A DNA stretch of 64,000 nt from a virus, in IMG/VR virus record IMGVR_UViG_3300017728_002360; one strand, 5' to 3'. The notes beneath the pieces were generated by a model, which saw only the letters and a list, made by a program, of their open reading frames with translations, did not search any database and was not told the DNA's origin. The stretch's first letter is position 1. Each line of letters starts with the position of its first letter. This document shows, one piece after another, positions 18,481-27,793 of the stretch. The translations under genes and the position numbers were made by a program.

Positions 18481-19447
18481 TACTATTACTTATCGTCCTT
18501 TCTTTTGGTATTTTGCTATCTGCACTACTAACACAGGTTGGAGTTATGCACGGCATTGGTGCTTTAAACAGCTCAAATCCGTCGTCTAACGTGCCTAGAG
18601 GCTCATCATGGCAACTATATGCACGTTTTACTTCTCCGCCTGGTTCTCGTATAATACAGCTTTGATAACCAGCCCAACAGTTCCAACCTTTGAACTTGTT
18701 GAAGCCAAAAGCATTTAATCTTTCTGCTTGGTCAACCCAATACTCTACTCCATTAACATCTTGTAACCGCATTTGTTTTTCATCTTGCTGACTGTCTTCT
18801 TGTAATATTTTCTTTTGGGCATCAGTATAACCACTAACGACAAAACTAGCGGTAGGATCAGACTGAGGCTTAAGAGTAACGTGAAGACCACGTTCAATGA
18901 ATCGATTGCTTCTATCATAATATTCCTCCCAATGTTCAGGTACCATTACCTGATTAATAGTGACACCAACATCATTATCCTGTAAGAATAATAACTTGTC
19001 ACCAAATTCTTCTTCATTTGAAAACTCAGCATGGTAACTTGCAGTAATGGTTCTTCTGTCCATAATGTGCGTTGCGTCGAGCCAGCGTTGCCACCAGCGT
19101 TTTGCAGGACTGCAATTACTTGTCATGTGTATGCTTAAATATTTGCTTTCATAATCCTCATAGTGTTTTACTAGATCTATAAATTTTTTATATGCTGTAG
19201 GTTCTCCGCCACTGAAACTAAAATGAAACTTGTCAAATCCATTTGCTCTTGCTTGACGTTTTATTTCATCTATTGCTCTAGTGTACACTTCAAATGGTCT
19301 GTGGTCAACTGTACTGCTTCTAGCATACGGCCAACAATAGCTACAATTATAGTTACAAAAACGTCCAAGGATCCAGCTTACGTTAAACACACCTTTGTCT
19401 AACATATTCTTATGTCCTAGTTTTGTAATATCCTTAAATGGTATCAT
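18470..19447 (-). CDS. radical SAM protein with C-terminal Cys cluster (type C)
   Basis: CNYNCSYC, 'SGGEPT', 'TSN'; 'NKFKGWNCWAG..SC..PCITPTCVSSAD'. Paralogue of 10422-11354. Confidence 0.88.
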   Translation of the reverse strand: MIPFKDITKLGHKNMLDKGVFNVSWILGRFCNYNCSYCWPYARSSTVDHRPFEVYTRAIDEIKRQARANGFDKFHFSFSGGEPTAYKKFIDLVKHYEDYESKYLSIHMTSNCSPAKRWWQRWLDATHIMDRRTITASYHAEFSNEEEFGDKLLFLQDNDVGVTINQVMVPEHWEEYYDRSNRFIERGLHVTLKPQSDPTASFVVSGYTDAQKKILQEDSQQDEKQMRLQDVNGVEYWVDQAERLNAFGFNKFKGWNCWAGYQSCIIREPGGEVKRAYSCHDEPLGTLDDGFELFKAPMPCITPTCVSSADSKIPKERTISNSNGL

Positions 19448-20129
19448 TCATCTCGTCCATATGGAAACGTTCTTGTAACCAATCAAAATCATTTATTTTT
19501 GCTAGTAAGCTAGGTGCAGTCCTATTAGTATGACCAAAGTCACGACCGCTCCTAGCACCTCGTATACAAAATAGTCCGAACTCTTTTTCTTCTCCTTTTG
19601 TACACCATGCGTTGAGTCGTTGTTCTGTTTCTTCATTTTCTTGTCCTTGTATTACTTTGCTAGATAACTTAACACATTCTCTAAAAGCACTTTTCCAAGT
19701 ACTAAACTCATCTGTGTTAAAACTAGTGATGTTACTCACGATTGGCATAGCCTTGAATCTATCACTTATACTGGTAGTCATATCAGTACTGCTAACGTCT
19801 ACGTTCATGGTGAGTCGTCTTGGTAGGAGTTTAACACCCCCATACCCGTAAACTAAATTGTTGATAGGATTCTGGCTACGCCAAACATGGACACAATCTA
19901 AATCATAATCACTTACTTTATGATCTAAATTGAATTCTGGTAATAAGTCTGCATCACCGTCAATGACCCAAAACATCTTTGTATGACATTTCTTTGCGGC
20001 CTTGATGTGTGCTTGGTGTATTCCTTTTACACCGTGAACTCTCTTTGTATTAGGATAACGTTCTAGTAAACGTTTATATCTTTCATCTGCGTCAGGTTCA
20101 TTATAACTTATAAAAACTGCATCATACAT
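19434..20129 (-). CDS. GT-A-fold glycosyltransferase-like protein
   Basis: 'FISYNEP', 'RVHGVKG..AH', DxD in 'WVIDGD', 'YGYGGVKL', 'WKSAFRE'. Paralogue of 27793-28674. Confidence 0.62.
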   Translation of the reverse strand: MYDAVFISYNEPDADERYKRLLERYPNTKRVHGVKGIHQAHIKAAKKCHTKMFWVIDGDADLLPEFNLDHKVSDYDLDCVHVWRSQNPINNLVYGYGGVKLLPRRLTMNVDVSSTDMTTSISDRFKAMPIVSNITSFNTDEFSTWKSAFRECVKLSSKVIQGQENEETEQRLNAWCTKGEEKEFGLFCIRGARSGRDFGHTNRTAPSLLAKINDFDWLQERFHMDEMNDTI

Positions 20130-21021
20130 AAAGTTCTAGCTCGTACGCCAGTTGCTCCTGTAAAGTTCTATCTGGGTGACAGTTATCAGGAAACAACGGA
20201 CTTTCATTCATAATCTTAATTACTTCTTCGTAATCATCAACTATTCTTTTAAATTCATTGTCAGGGCCTTCTGGTATATCTGGAATACCTAGCTCTGGTT
20301 TTTGTCGTTGAAATAAACGTAAACTTTCTGACGCACTTTCAGTTAGGTCAGGTCTACGCCTTCTAATATTATCTATAGTCTGCCAACTACTAAACATTGG
20401 TACAGGTCTATTAATAAGTTTGGCCATCCAGTCTTTGTGAATATGTTTCACAAATGTGTGGTGTTCTTTTAATTCTACTTTGGTCCAACCTTCTATTATT
20501 ACCCAAGGTATGTTGGTTTCTTCATATATTTTTTGTGCACCATCTAGTGCGTGTTGCAATAATCCGTCATTTATTTCTTTAATTGTTTTTGCATTTTGTA
20601 CAAGATCATCTGATGCTTTGTAGTACTTGTCTAGGTCATATAACCCTGCTTCATCTGATAGCTGTTTTAAATCTCTACAAGGTTCTGAAATCATCCATAC
20701 AATACAATCAGGATTGTAAAATACAGGACTTGTAAAGCAAGGTGCTAGTCCTAGTGCTTCTTCTACTTTATATAATGCTTGAAAGTTACCACAGCCGCCA
20801 AACGCATAGTTAACTGTTGCGTGTCCTTTTTGATCTAAGTAATATCCAAAGCCTGGCCAAACAACCTGAAAGGGTTTAGCATGATCGCCTTCTAAATATT
20901 TTTCTTTATTCCATGGACGAAATACTTCTGGGTGATTAGGATTCGCACAGGCAGGTCCTGGAACAATAGTTCCCCATTCTCCTAGTGCGTTGCTATCACC
21001 TGCTATTAGTATTTTACTCAC
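20122..21021 (-). CDS. SGNH/GDSL hydrolase-fold protein
   Basis: Block I 'ILIAGDS', block II 'NYAFGGCGN', block V 'DNCHP'. Confidence 0.65.
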   Translation of the reverse strand: MSKILIAGDSNALGEWGTIVPGPACANPNHPEVFRPWNKEKYLEGDHAKPFQVVWPGFGYYLDQKGHATVNYAFGGCGNFQALYKVEEALGLAPCFTSPVFYNPDCIVWMISEPCRDLKQLSDEAGLYDLDKYYKASDDLVQNAKTIKEINDGLLQHALDGAQKIYEETNIPWVIIEGWTKVELKEHHTFVKHIHKDWMAKLINRPVPMFSSWQTIDNIRRRRPDLTESASESLRLFQRQKPELGIPDIPEGPDNEFKRIVDDYEEVIKIMNESPLFPDNCHPDRTLQEQLAYELELYV

Positions 21022-22156
21022 AAATTATACCTTTGTTTTTCCTTGTGTTTCCATAATAAACTACGTTGGTTCCTTTGTATGTTCTCCAAGGATCGAACAC
21101 AGGTACGTTATCAGGAACTGTATCTCCTTCATGTACCAACACATAGATCATTGGCTTTTCTTTTACAACATAACCGCCATGTTTTTTTATGTAGTGTTGT
21201 ACTAGTAAACTGTAGCTACCGTCAACATAATCAACACCTGGCTTATAACTATCGCTACTAAACTGAACCTTGTTTCCGTATTTTAATATTTCAATAGCCA
21301 TGTTTTCTGCTTGTTTCTCTCTTGCATTCATTACACTATCAAATAAATCGTAACCTAGTCCAAGTTCTTGTGCCATGTAACGTAGAGCAATATTATCACG
21401 TGGGTGACAAGCACCGCCATCGCCCATACCTGCTTTCATATATGCTTTACTAATGATACGCATTGTTGACTTTGAAAGAGCTCTTGTTACAACATCAACA
21501 TTAATGTTGCCTTGCTTCTGTGCTACGTCCTGCATCATATTGACTAGTCCAATCTTTGTACTAATAAATGTGTTGTAGAAAACTTTTATACATTCACATT
21601 CGTCCCAAGTACCTATTTCGTAACGTGGATTGTTTTCCATAATGCTTTGATAAAATTTTACTAACTCTCTAGCATCAGTTGTAGCACTTCCATCTTCGGT
21701 TCCAATCATAATCATTTCAGGATTAATCATATCCCAAGCAACTGTACCCATAGCAATAAGATATGGATTGTAAACAAATCTTGTGTTGTTTACTAACGGT
21801 ACAAATTCTCTACGTGTTGTGCCAGGTAATACTGTACTAATAAGAACAAGCAGTTGATTCTTTGTCATAAACTTGTTGGCTTCTTCTAAACACTCTTTTA
21901 CAATGTCATATGAAAAGTCTTTGGGTTCTAAATGAGCCGTAGGAGCTCTGCCATCATAGGCTGGGTCGTGTGGTGTTGGTACAGCAACAAACACTATGTC
22001 TTGACCTGCTACTGCTTCTGCTATGCTATCTTTTACGTTAATTGTGTCGCTAGTTACGTTTACTATGTCGTAACCGCTTACTGTATGTCCTTTTTGTGCT
22101 ACTGCTTCTGCACAAGGTAAACCAAGTTTACCCAATCCGATAAAACTAATCTTCAC
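21014..22156 (-). CDS. UDP-glucose/GDP-mannose dehydrogenase-family protein (divergent)
   Basis: 'GLGKLG', 'VAVPTP', 'STVLPGTT', 'IKVFYNTF', catalytic 'GDGGACHPRD'. GTG start with an AGGAG RBS. Confidence 0.87.
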   Translation of the reverse strand: MKISFIGLGKLGLPCAEAVAQKGHTVSGYDIVNVTSDTINVKDSIAEAVAGQDIVFVAVPTPHDPAYDGRAPTAHLEPKDFSYDIVKECLEEANKFMTKNQLLVLISTVLPGTTRREFVPLVNNTRFVYNPYLIAMGTVAWDMINPEMIMIGTEDGSATTDARELVKFYQSIMENNPRYEIGTWDECECIKVFYNTFISTKIGLVNMMQDVAQKQGNINVDVVTRALSKSTMRIISKAYMKAGMGDGGACHPRDNIALRYMAQELGLGYDLFDSVMNAREKQAENMAIEILKYGNKVQFSSDSYKPGVDYVDGSYSLLVQHYIKKHGGYVVKEKPMIYVLVHEGDTVPDNVPVFDPWRTYKGTNVVYYGNTRKNKGIICE

Positions 22157-22182
22157 ACTAATCTCCTACCATTAAATGCGTA

Positions 22183-22190
22183 TATAAATA
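22183..22190 (+). promoter_or_regulatory. T4 late promoter consensus TATAAATA, upstream of the 22218 operon
   Basis: Exact TATAAATA in the 61-nt divergent intergenic gap. Confidence 0.65.
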
Positions 22191-22196
22191 TAGTAA

Positions 22197-22203
22197 TATT
22201 TAT
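22197..22203 (-). promoter_or_regulatory. late-promoter-like ATAAATA, upstream of the 22156-9874 operon
   Basis: Minus strand reads ATAAATA ... AGGAG ... GTG. Confidence 0.55.
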
Positions 22204-22217
22204 GGAAGATTATTAAT

Positions 22218-23486
22218 ATGAAACGTATACGTGGCTTCTTAAGATTCAACTCTTTTGTACAAGATCCCGAGTTTACTCAGACTACAGTAGAATTGGAGAA
22301 GGCTTTTAGAACGAATGAAATAGTACATGACGATATCACTGTTATTACTGTGCTAATTGGCTATCCAAAATGGTACCCTGATACTGACTTTTTTACCTAT
22401 GTTAAGAAAAAAGTCCAAAATCAAATGAAGGAAGATAAGAAATGTTTCTTTCTTTTTGATGCAAGTACTGAAGGATTTAGCACTATCTACGGAGAACCGT
22501 ATTTTGATATTCTATATAAGATGGCTAAAAAGTATGACATAGATCCACGCAGGATATTTTTTACCAGTAGTAACATGAAAGACAATGATAACATCATGCG
22601 TTATAACATGGAACATAACATAAAAACAAGTATCAACGTGTTTACATATCTAAACTTTGAACAGATGATATTTGGCACAGCTGGACAAACAGAAGTCGAT
22701 TTGAGTGGGAACATAGACGTCGATGCTATTGTAGATAAAAGAATTAATACCGCAGTAAAAAGAACAAAGTTAAAATACCATCACCCTCAATTCAATAAAC
22801 TAGGATTAAGTTTAAGTAGGGTAAACAGACCACACAGAACTTTTAGTGCTATGGAAATATTCAACAGCAAACATTTTAAAGATATGTATGTTAGTCATGG
22901 AAGTTTAAAAGGTATGAACTTAGATTATTATCTTACTGAGATACCTTTTCCAAACAGTGGTGTAAATTTTCAGCAATTAAAAAATTTTAAGAAACATCTA
23001 CCTTTGATTGTAGACACGGAAGATTTTAAAACTAATCATGCAACTGCATTACACAGTGATCTAAATGATCAATCATTGTTTCAAATAGTAAACGAAACGT
23101 TTGTAAATGATTGGCATGGAACTAGTTTGTTCTGGAGTGAAAAAACTTTTAGAAGCATATATCATATGCAACCTTTTGTTATATGGGGACAACCTGGCAT
23201 TAACAAACGCATGGTAGATTACGGATATAAATTATATGACGATTGGTTTGATTTAAGTTTTGATGATATCCATGACCCTGTAAAACGTTGGAGAGCTTTG
23301 TGGAAAGAAGTATGCAAACAAATAGATTACATTAGAACATTACCAACTGTAAAACAACACATACGATGGAAGTTTAAAAACGAACAGGTATTGGTGCATA
23401 ACTTTAAAACACTTTTAGAAGGTAAGTATACTAAAGAAAAGTTTAAAAATGTGGCACTTAAAATGAGAGATCTAGCAGATGAGTAA
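22218..23486 (+). CDS. hypothetical protein, GT10-like/GT-B glycosyltransferase-like C-terminus
   Basis: 'RVNRPHR', 'IVNET', 'WSEKTFRSIYHMQPFVIWG', 'SFD' resemble the 'ET..(S/T)EK..P..G' nucleotide-sugar-binding motif. Confidence 0.5.
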   Translation: MKRIRGFLRFNSFVQDPEFTQTTVELEKAFRTNEIVHDDITVITVLIGYPKWYPDTDFFTYVKKKVQNQMKEDKKCFFLFDASTEGFSTIYGEPYFDILYKMAKKYDIDPRRIFFTSSNMKDNDNIMRYNMEHNIKTSINVFTYLNFEQMIFGTAGQTEVDLSGNIDVDAIVDKRINTAVKRTKLKYHHPQFNKLGLSLSRVNRPHRTFSAMEIFNSKHFKDMYVSHGSLKGMNLDYYLTEIPFPNSGVNFQQLKNFKKHLPLIVDTEDFKTNHATALHSDLNDQSLFQIVNETFVNDWHGTSLFWSEKTFRSIYHMQPFVIWGQPGINKRMVDYGYKLYDDWFDLSFDDIHDPVKRWRALWKEVCKQIDYIRTLPTVKQHIRWKFKNEQVLVHNFKTLLEGKYTKEKFKNVALKMRDLADE

Positions 23487-24357
23487 GAAAGTATTATATC
23501 ATAACAAACCAAAAAGACTGTTTACGTTTGGTTGTAGCTTTACTCACTATATGTGGGGAACCTGGGCAAACGCACTAGGGCAAGAACTAGACTGTACTTT
23601 TGTAAACTTTGGTAGAAGTGGTGCAGGTAATCACTTTATATTCAATATGCTTATGCAGGCCGATGCTGTTTATGACTTTACGCATGAAGATTTAGTTATT
23701 GTACAATGGACCAATGTTTGTAGAGAAGATAGATATGTTCCGCAGGATCCAAACGGACCTTGGATGACTCCAGGTAATATTTACTCACAAAAACAATACA
23801 GAGAAGAATTTGTAAGAGATTACTTTAGTGAGTATGGTGCATACGTAAGAGATTTAGCATTTATAAAAGCAGGACATGAAATGCTAAAACATAAAACACA
23901 ATATCACTTTCTACAAATGTGTGATATACTAGAGCAAACAGATCAGTGGTCTGGTGCAACACGGGATAAGAATCATAGAATAGATGACATGATGAAATAC
24001 TATGCTCCTAGTCTAGGAGAAATATTGCCTAGCTTTTATCAAACATTATATAACAATAATATTGAAAGTAAATTTAAAAGAGATAGAAAAACAGTTCATA
24101 AAAACTTTCAAGACGGACATCCTAGTCCTATGGAACACTATGTATTTCTAAAGGATACATTTAAACACGACTGGAAGGACACTACTGATAGAGCAGTAGA
24201 AGAAGCACAAAACAAATGGATCAAACTATTGCGAGATGCAAGTAATGATAAAAAGGATTTTCATTTGTTTAATATGCAACAACGTTGGTTGGATATGTTT
24301 TATTACGAAACTAATATAAAGCCTGATGAAAAACCAGATCCTATAATACACTTTTAA
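23479..24357 (+). CDS. SGNH-fold protein (GCS variant)
   Basis: 'LFTFGCSFT', 'NFGRSGAGN', 'VQWT..RED', 'DGHPSP'. Confidence 0.6.
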   Translation: MSKKVLYHNKPKRLFTFGCSFTHYMWGTWANALGQELDCTFVNFGRSGAGNHFIFNMLMQADAVYDFTHEDLVIVQWTNVCREDRYVPQDPNGPWMTPGNIYSQKQYREEFVRDYFSEYGAYVRDLAFIKAGHEMLKHKTQYHFLQMCDILEQTDQWSGATRDKNHRIDDMMKYYAPSLGEILPSFYQTLYNNNIESKFKRDRKTVHKNFQDGHPSPMEHYVFLKDTFKHDWKDTTDRAVEEAQNKWIKLLRDASNDKKDFHLFNMQQRWLDMFYYETNIKPDEKPDPIIHF

Positions 24358-25516
24358 GTTCAGGAAACGTTTCAATAAATTTTTGATTTCTAATAAAGTC
24401 ATAGTGTTGAGTCTTTGCTCTAAACTGCTTTAACGCACTTTCATCAAACTTACTATTTTCAATATAACGTACAACACCTTCTAGTTGCCACTTATATTTT
24501 CCTGGATTACTATTCATATATTTTTGTATCTTTTCTAACGCAATAGTCTTGTATTCTTCAGGTAATGCGTTTACACTATAATAATGTGGATCAACAATGT
24601 TATACATACTAGCACTATTAGGATCTACGTTTTGTATTTCATTTAAGAAGTCTGTTAGTGTACACAGATTAAAAATACTTACTACTGTGTTAAAACTTAT
24701 TTTTACATGAGGTGCTTGTTCACGTATTACTTTTAAATTAGTCGTAATTAGATCCCAATCAGTTCCTGCTCTAATATATTCTGCTCTTGGTCCGTAACTA
24801 TCTAAACTAGCACTTACTTGAACGTCTTCGAACTGATTCCATAAATCTATAATGCTTTTCTTTTTATATTTTAATTTACTTACGTTTGAGTTGTATTCTA
24901 ATCTTACTTTAGTATTTCCTGTTTCAATTAAATGTTCTAGTATATCATAGTGCTTATCAGTAAGCAACGGCTCGCCACCTGCAAAGTAAAATACTTTTAT
25001 GTTTTTAAAATGAGGTTTGAATTGTTGATACAGGTTATCATTGTTATTACCTCCTGCAAATATATAAACAGGTTTTTCAGGTGCAAACTTTGTTGAGTTA
25101 TCTTCTTGAGCCCAGCTAGAACTATATGTTGAACTACACGTTCTACATTTAAAATTACAAATGTTACTCCAACGCACATCAAAGTAACGTAGATTCATTT
25201 CATCTAAGCTACCATCTTCGTTAGTTGTTTCTATAAATTTTAATTCTTCTTTGAAACGTTTATTGTTACTCATGCGTGAGCTAGTGTTACCTGCTTCTTC
25301 ATGTTTCCAACATTGATTACATATACTAGGCTTTTCTCCATTAAGTAATTGCTTTCTTAATGTTTTATATTCGTGACTATTCCAAATATCTTCTATGCTA
25401 CGATTGTGTGTATTTCCTAAAGGCTGTTTGTAATCACCTATGCAACAAGGTAACACACTTCCGTCAGCATTGACGTACATATGAATCCAGGGTAGTATGC
25501 AAAGTGTCTTACTCAT
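24341..25516 (-). CDS. radical SAM protein with N-terminal twitch/SPASM-like cluster (type A)
   Basis: 'LCILPW..PCC..CNQC', CNFKCRTC, 'AGGEP', 'NSN', 'SLDS'. Confidence 0.88.
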   Translation of the reverse strand: MSKTLCILPWIHMYVNADGSVLPCCIGDYKQPLGNTHNRSIEDIWNSHEYKTLRKQLLNGEKPSICNQCWKHEEAGNTSSRMSNNKRFKEELKFIETTNEDGSLDEMNLRYFDVRWSNICNFKCRTCSSTYSSSWAQEDNSTKFAPEKPVYIFAGGNNNDNLYQQFKPHFKNIKVFYFAGGEPLLTDKHYDILEHLIETGNTKVRLEYNSNVSKLKYKKKSIIDLWNQFEDVQVSASLDSYGPRAEYIRAGTDWDLITTNLKVIREQAPHVKISFNTVVSIFNLCTLTDFLNEIQNVDPNSASMYNIVDPHYYSVNALPEEYKTIALEKIQKYMNSNPGKYKWQLEGVVRYIENSKFDESALKQFRAKTQHYDFIRNQKFIETFPELKSVL

Positions 25517-26436
25517 TACTTGTCCATCAGTGTATAGACATTATATCCCCAAACCTTGTGTGCGGCCGCTACAGGGTGAGGACAATGATCTTGGCTTTGT
25601 TTTAAAAAGTTATTTGACGCTTCAATCTTGTCTAATTGCTTATTGAAATATTTATTTTCTTGAACTACAGGATAATCACTTACAAAGTTCTTTAACCAAG
25701 CCGCAACATAAAAATCAGGACTTTGTAATTTAAAGCCAGACATCCTAGCACTAAATTCCATCCATGTTTCTTTAATCATAGTAAATCCCCAATAGTTTTC
25801 ATTTTGTTGCGTACAAAAGTTTTTCCAGGCAGTGGCTTTTACGTTATTAAACTTTGCAATAGTATCGTTTAATTGTGTGTAAAAAATGTGTTCGTTTTCA
25901 ACACACCAGTCTTTAACACTCATGCCACTTACATAATTTATATCATATAACCTAGCAATAGGATGATCACCTAATTCGTTGATAACAATATCTTCTCTAC
26001 TTGGCTCTGTCATTTGTACTAACAAATATATTTTATCGTATTGAGGTGATAGATATTTTAGTAATCTTTCTACGTTGCCAAAGATATAAAAATTGTTGTT
26101 TCCTGGTATAGCATACTGATAGTAATCTGTGTCCAGTAGTGTAGCAACCTGTGTACCCCAACAGTATCTTATCTGTGTATCTAAGTCCCATTTCATTAAT
26201 GCTGATTGTACACGGCCTTCAAGGCTTTCACCATATGTCCAGCTTTCACCCAATACTAGTGTGCATTCTCTCTTGCCACGTTTGACCCAGAACTCTGTAT
26301 TCTTTACATTTTGATTAATATGCAGAGGCTTTTTATTGTTGTCATTTACTAATACTTCTTGTAAATCCTTAAACAACCTATCTTGATCATTTGCTCCAGG
26401 TGTGTATTTGTAGTACTTAGGTTTTAGAACATTCAT
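25516..26436 (-). CDS. SGNH-fold protein (GES variant)
   Basis: 'LVLGESWTYG', 'AIPGNNN', 'QMTEPSRE', C-terminal 'CPHP..H..W'. Confidence 0.55.
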   Translation of the reverse strand: MNVLKPKYYKYTPGANDQDRLFKDLQEVLVNDNNKKPLHINQNVKNTEFWVKRGKRECTLVLGESWTYGESLEGRVQSALMKWDLDTQIRYCWGTQVATLLDTDYYQYAIPGNNNFYIFGNVERLLKYLSPQYDKIYLLVQMTEPSREDIVINELGDHPIARLYDINYVSGMSVKDWCVENEHIFYTQLNDTIAKFNNVKATAWKNFCTQQNENYWGFTMIKETWMEFSARMSGFKLQSPDFYVAAWLKNFVSDYPVVQENKYFNKQLDKIEASNNFLKQSQDHCPHPVAAAHKVWGYNVYTLMDK

Positions 26437-27793
26437 TATAGAACCCTTTTAATTCAGGAAACGTTTCAGTTAAGTTACAGTCTCTACGTTTATCGAACTC
26501 TGTAAACCAACGATAAAAATCTCTACGTCCTTGATCTAATTTAGCAGGTTCAATGTTTGTTGTACGCATATAGTCAACCACACGTCTAAATTTTTCTACT
26601 TCTAATGAACTAAACTTTGTTCTGTCTTGATCATCTTGATAGTCGTGCATATATTTTAAGTGACTTTCCATATACGGCATAAATTCTTCCTTGGGTAATA
26701 TGTTCATGTCATATATGATTGGCTCTTTCAAATGCGGAGTATCAAATCTAACACGTTGCCATTGTGTGGCATTGTCATCACTATTATATTTGTGTCGCCA
26801 TTCTAGTATTTTTTCTAATAATAAATTAAAACTAGTTACACCAAATATATTAAATGTAATCATAAACGTTACAGGCCATCCTGTGTTACTTAGATAGTGA
26901 TCTAAGTTCTGTTCCCATAACTTTATATCTAGTCCTGTACGAGCATATTCGGCCCTAGGTCCCCAAGTGTCAATGCTTGTATACAGTTTAAAACTTTTAA
27001 TACAATTCTTTTCTTTTAATCTTTTAACAGTAGAAGTTAACTTTTCTACTAGCTTGGGCTTAACACCCATGTTACTGTTGACTTCTATTTGTATGTGTGG
27101 TTTTGGATCTGCTTCTAGCTTATCAAACAATTCCCATAAGCTCTTGTGCATTAGAGGTTCGCCACCTGTTATACGCAATATGTTTAGTGTCTTACTTACT
27201 TCAGGCCACCATCTCCACCATGCGTCTACGTATGGATTCTCTTCTTCCTTCTTGTAAATCTTAAACCAATCAATATCTTGTCTATGTGAAGTAGACATAC
27301 TGTATGGTCCGTGTTGTTTTATTTCATTATAGTATCTGCTAGATGCTTTAGGGTGACAATATCCGCATTTAAAATTACATTCATTACTAAAACTTATTTC
27401 AATGTATTCCGGATTTACATTAAAATCCGCCCCTTTTTGTTTTATTTCCGCTAATCTTTCTTCATTATAAATGCTTGTTGTTTTAATATGTCTATCACTT
27501 ACATAGTCTTTACCCATAGCTTCAATCTTCCAACAGTAATTACAACCGTCTGGCTTTTCGCCACATAACATTTTCTTACGTTGGTCTTTCTTTTCTATGG
27601 TGTTATGTAATGCACTTGGATTATCTTTTAGTTCTTCTAATGGTATAGGGTGCGGAGCAGGGTGATAACAACTATGCGTTTCACCTGTTGCTAGATATAT
27701 TGTGGTGTGATGCCATTTGGCCAAGCAGAATGTAGGAGATGTTTGCTCCTCAATCACAGGCATTAATTTTTTAATTTTTTCTAGTTCGCTCAT
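26417..27793 (-). CDS. radical SAM protein with N-terminal twitch-like cluster (type A)
   Basis: 'FCLAKW..SCYHP..CNYC', CNFKCGYC, 'TGGEP', 'NSN', 'SIDT'. Confidence 0.88.
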   Translation of the reverse strand: MSELEKIKKLMPVIEEQTSPTFCLAKWHHTTIYLATGETHSCYHPAPHPIPLEELKDNPSALHNTIEKKDQRKKMLCGEKPDGCNYCWKIEAMGKDYVSDRHIKTTSIYNEERLAEIKQKGADFNVNPEYIEISFSNECNFKCGYCHPKASSRYYNEIKQHGPYSMSTSHRQDIDWFKIYKKEEENPYVDAWWRWWPEVSKTLNILRITGGEPLMHKSLWELFDKLEADPKPHIQIEVNSNMGVKPKLVEKLTSTVKRLKEKNCIKSFKLYTSIDTWGPRAEYARTGLDIKLWEQNLDHYLSNTGWPVTFMITFNIFGVTSFNLLLEKILEWRHKYNSDDNATQWQRVRFDTPHLKEPIIYDMNILPKEEFMPYMESHLKYMHDYQDDQDRTKFSSLEVEKFRRVVDYMRTTNIEPAKLDQGRRDFYRWFTEFDKRRDCNLTETFPELKGFYNECSKT

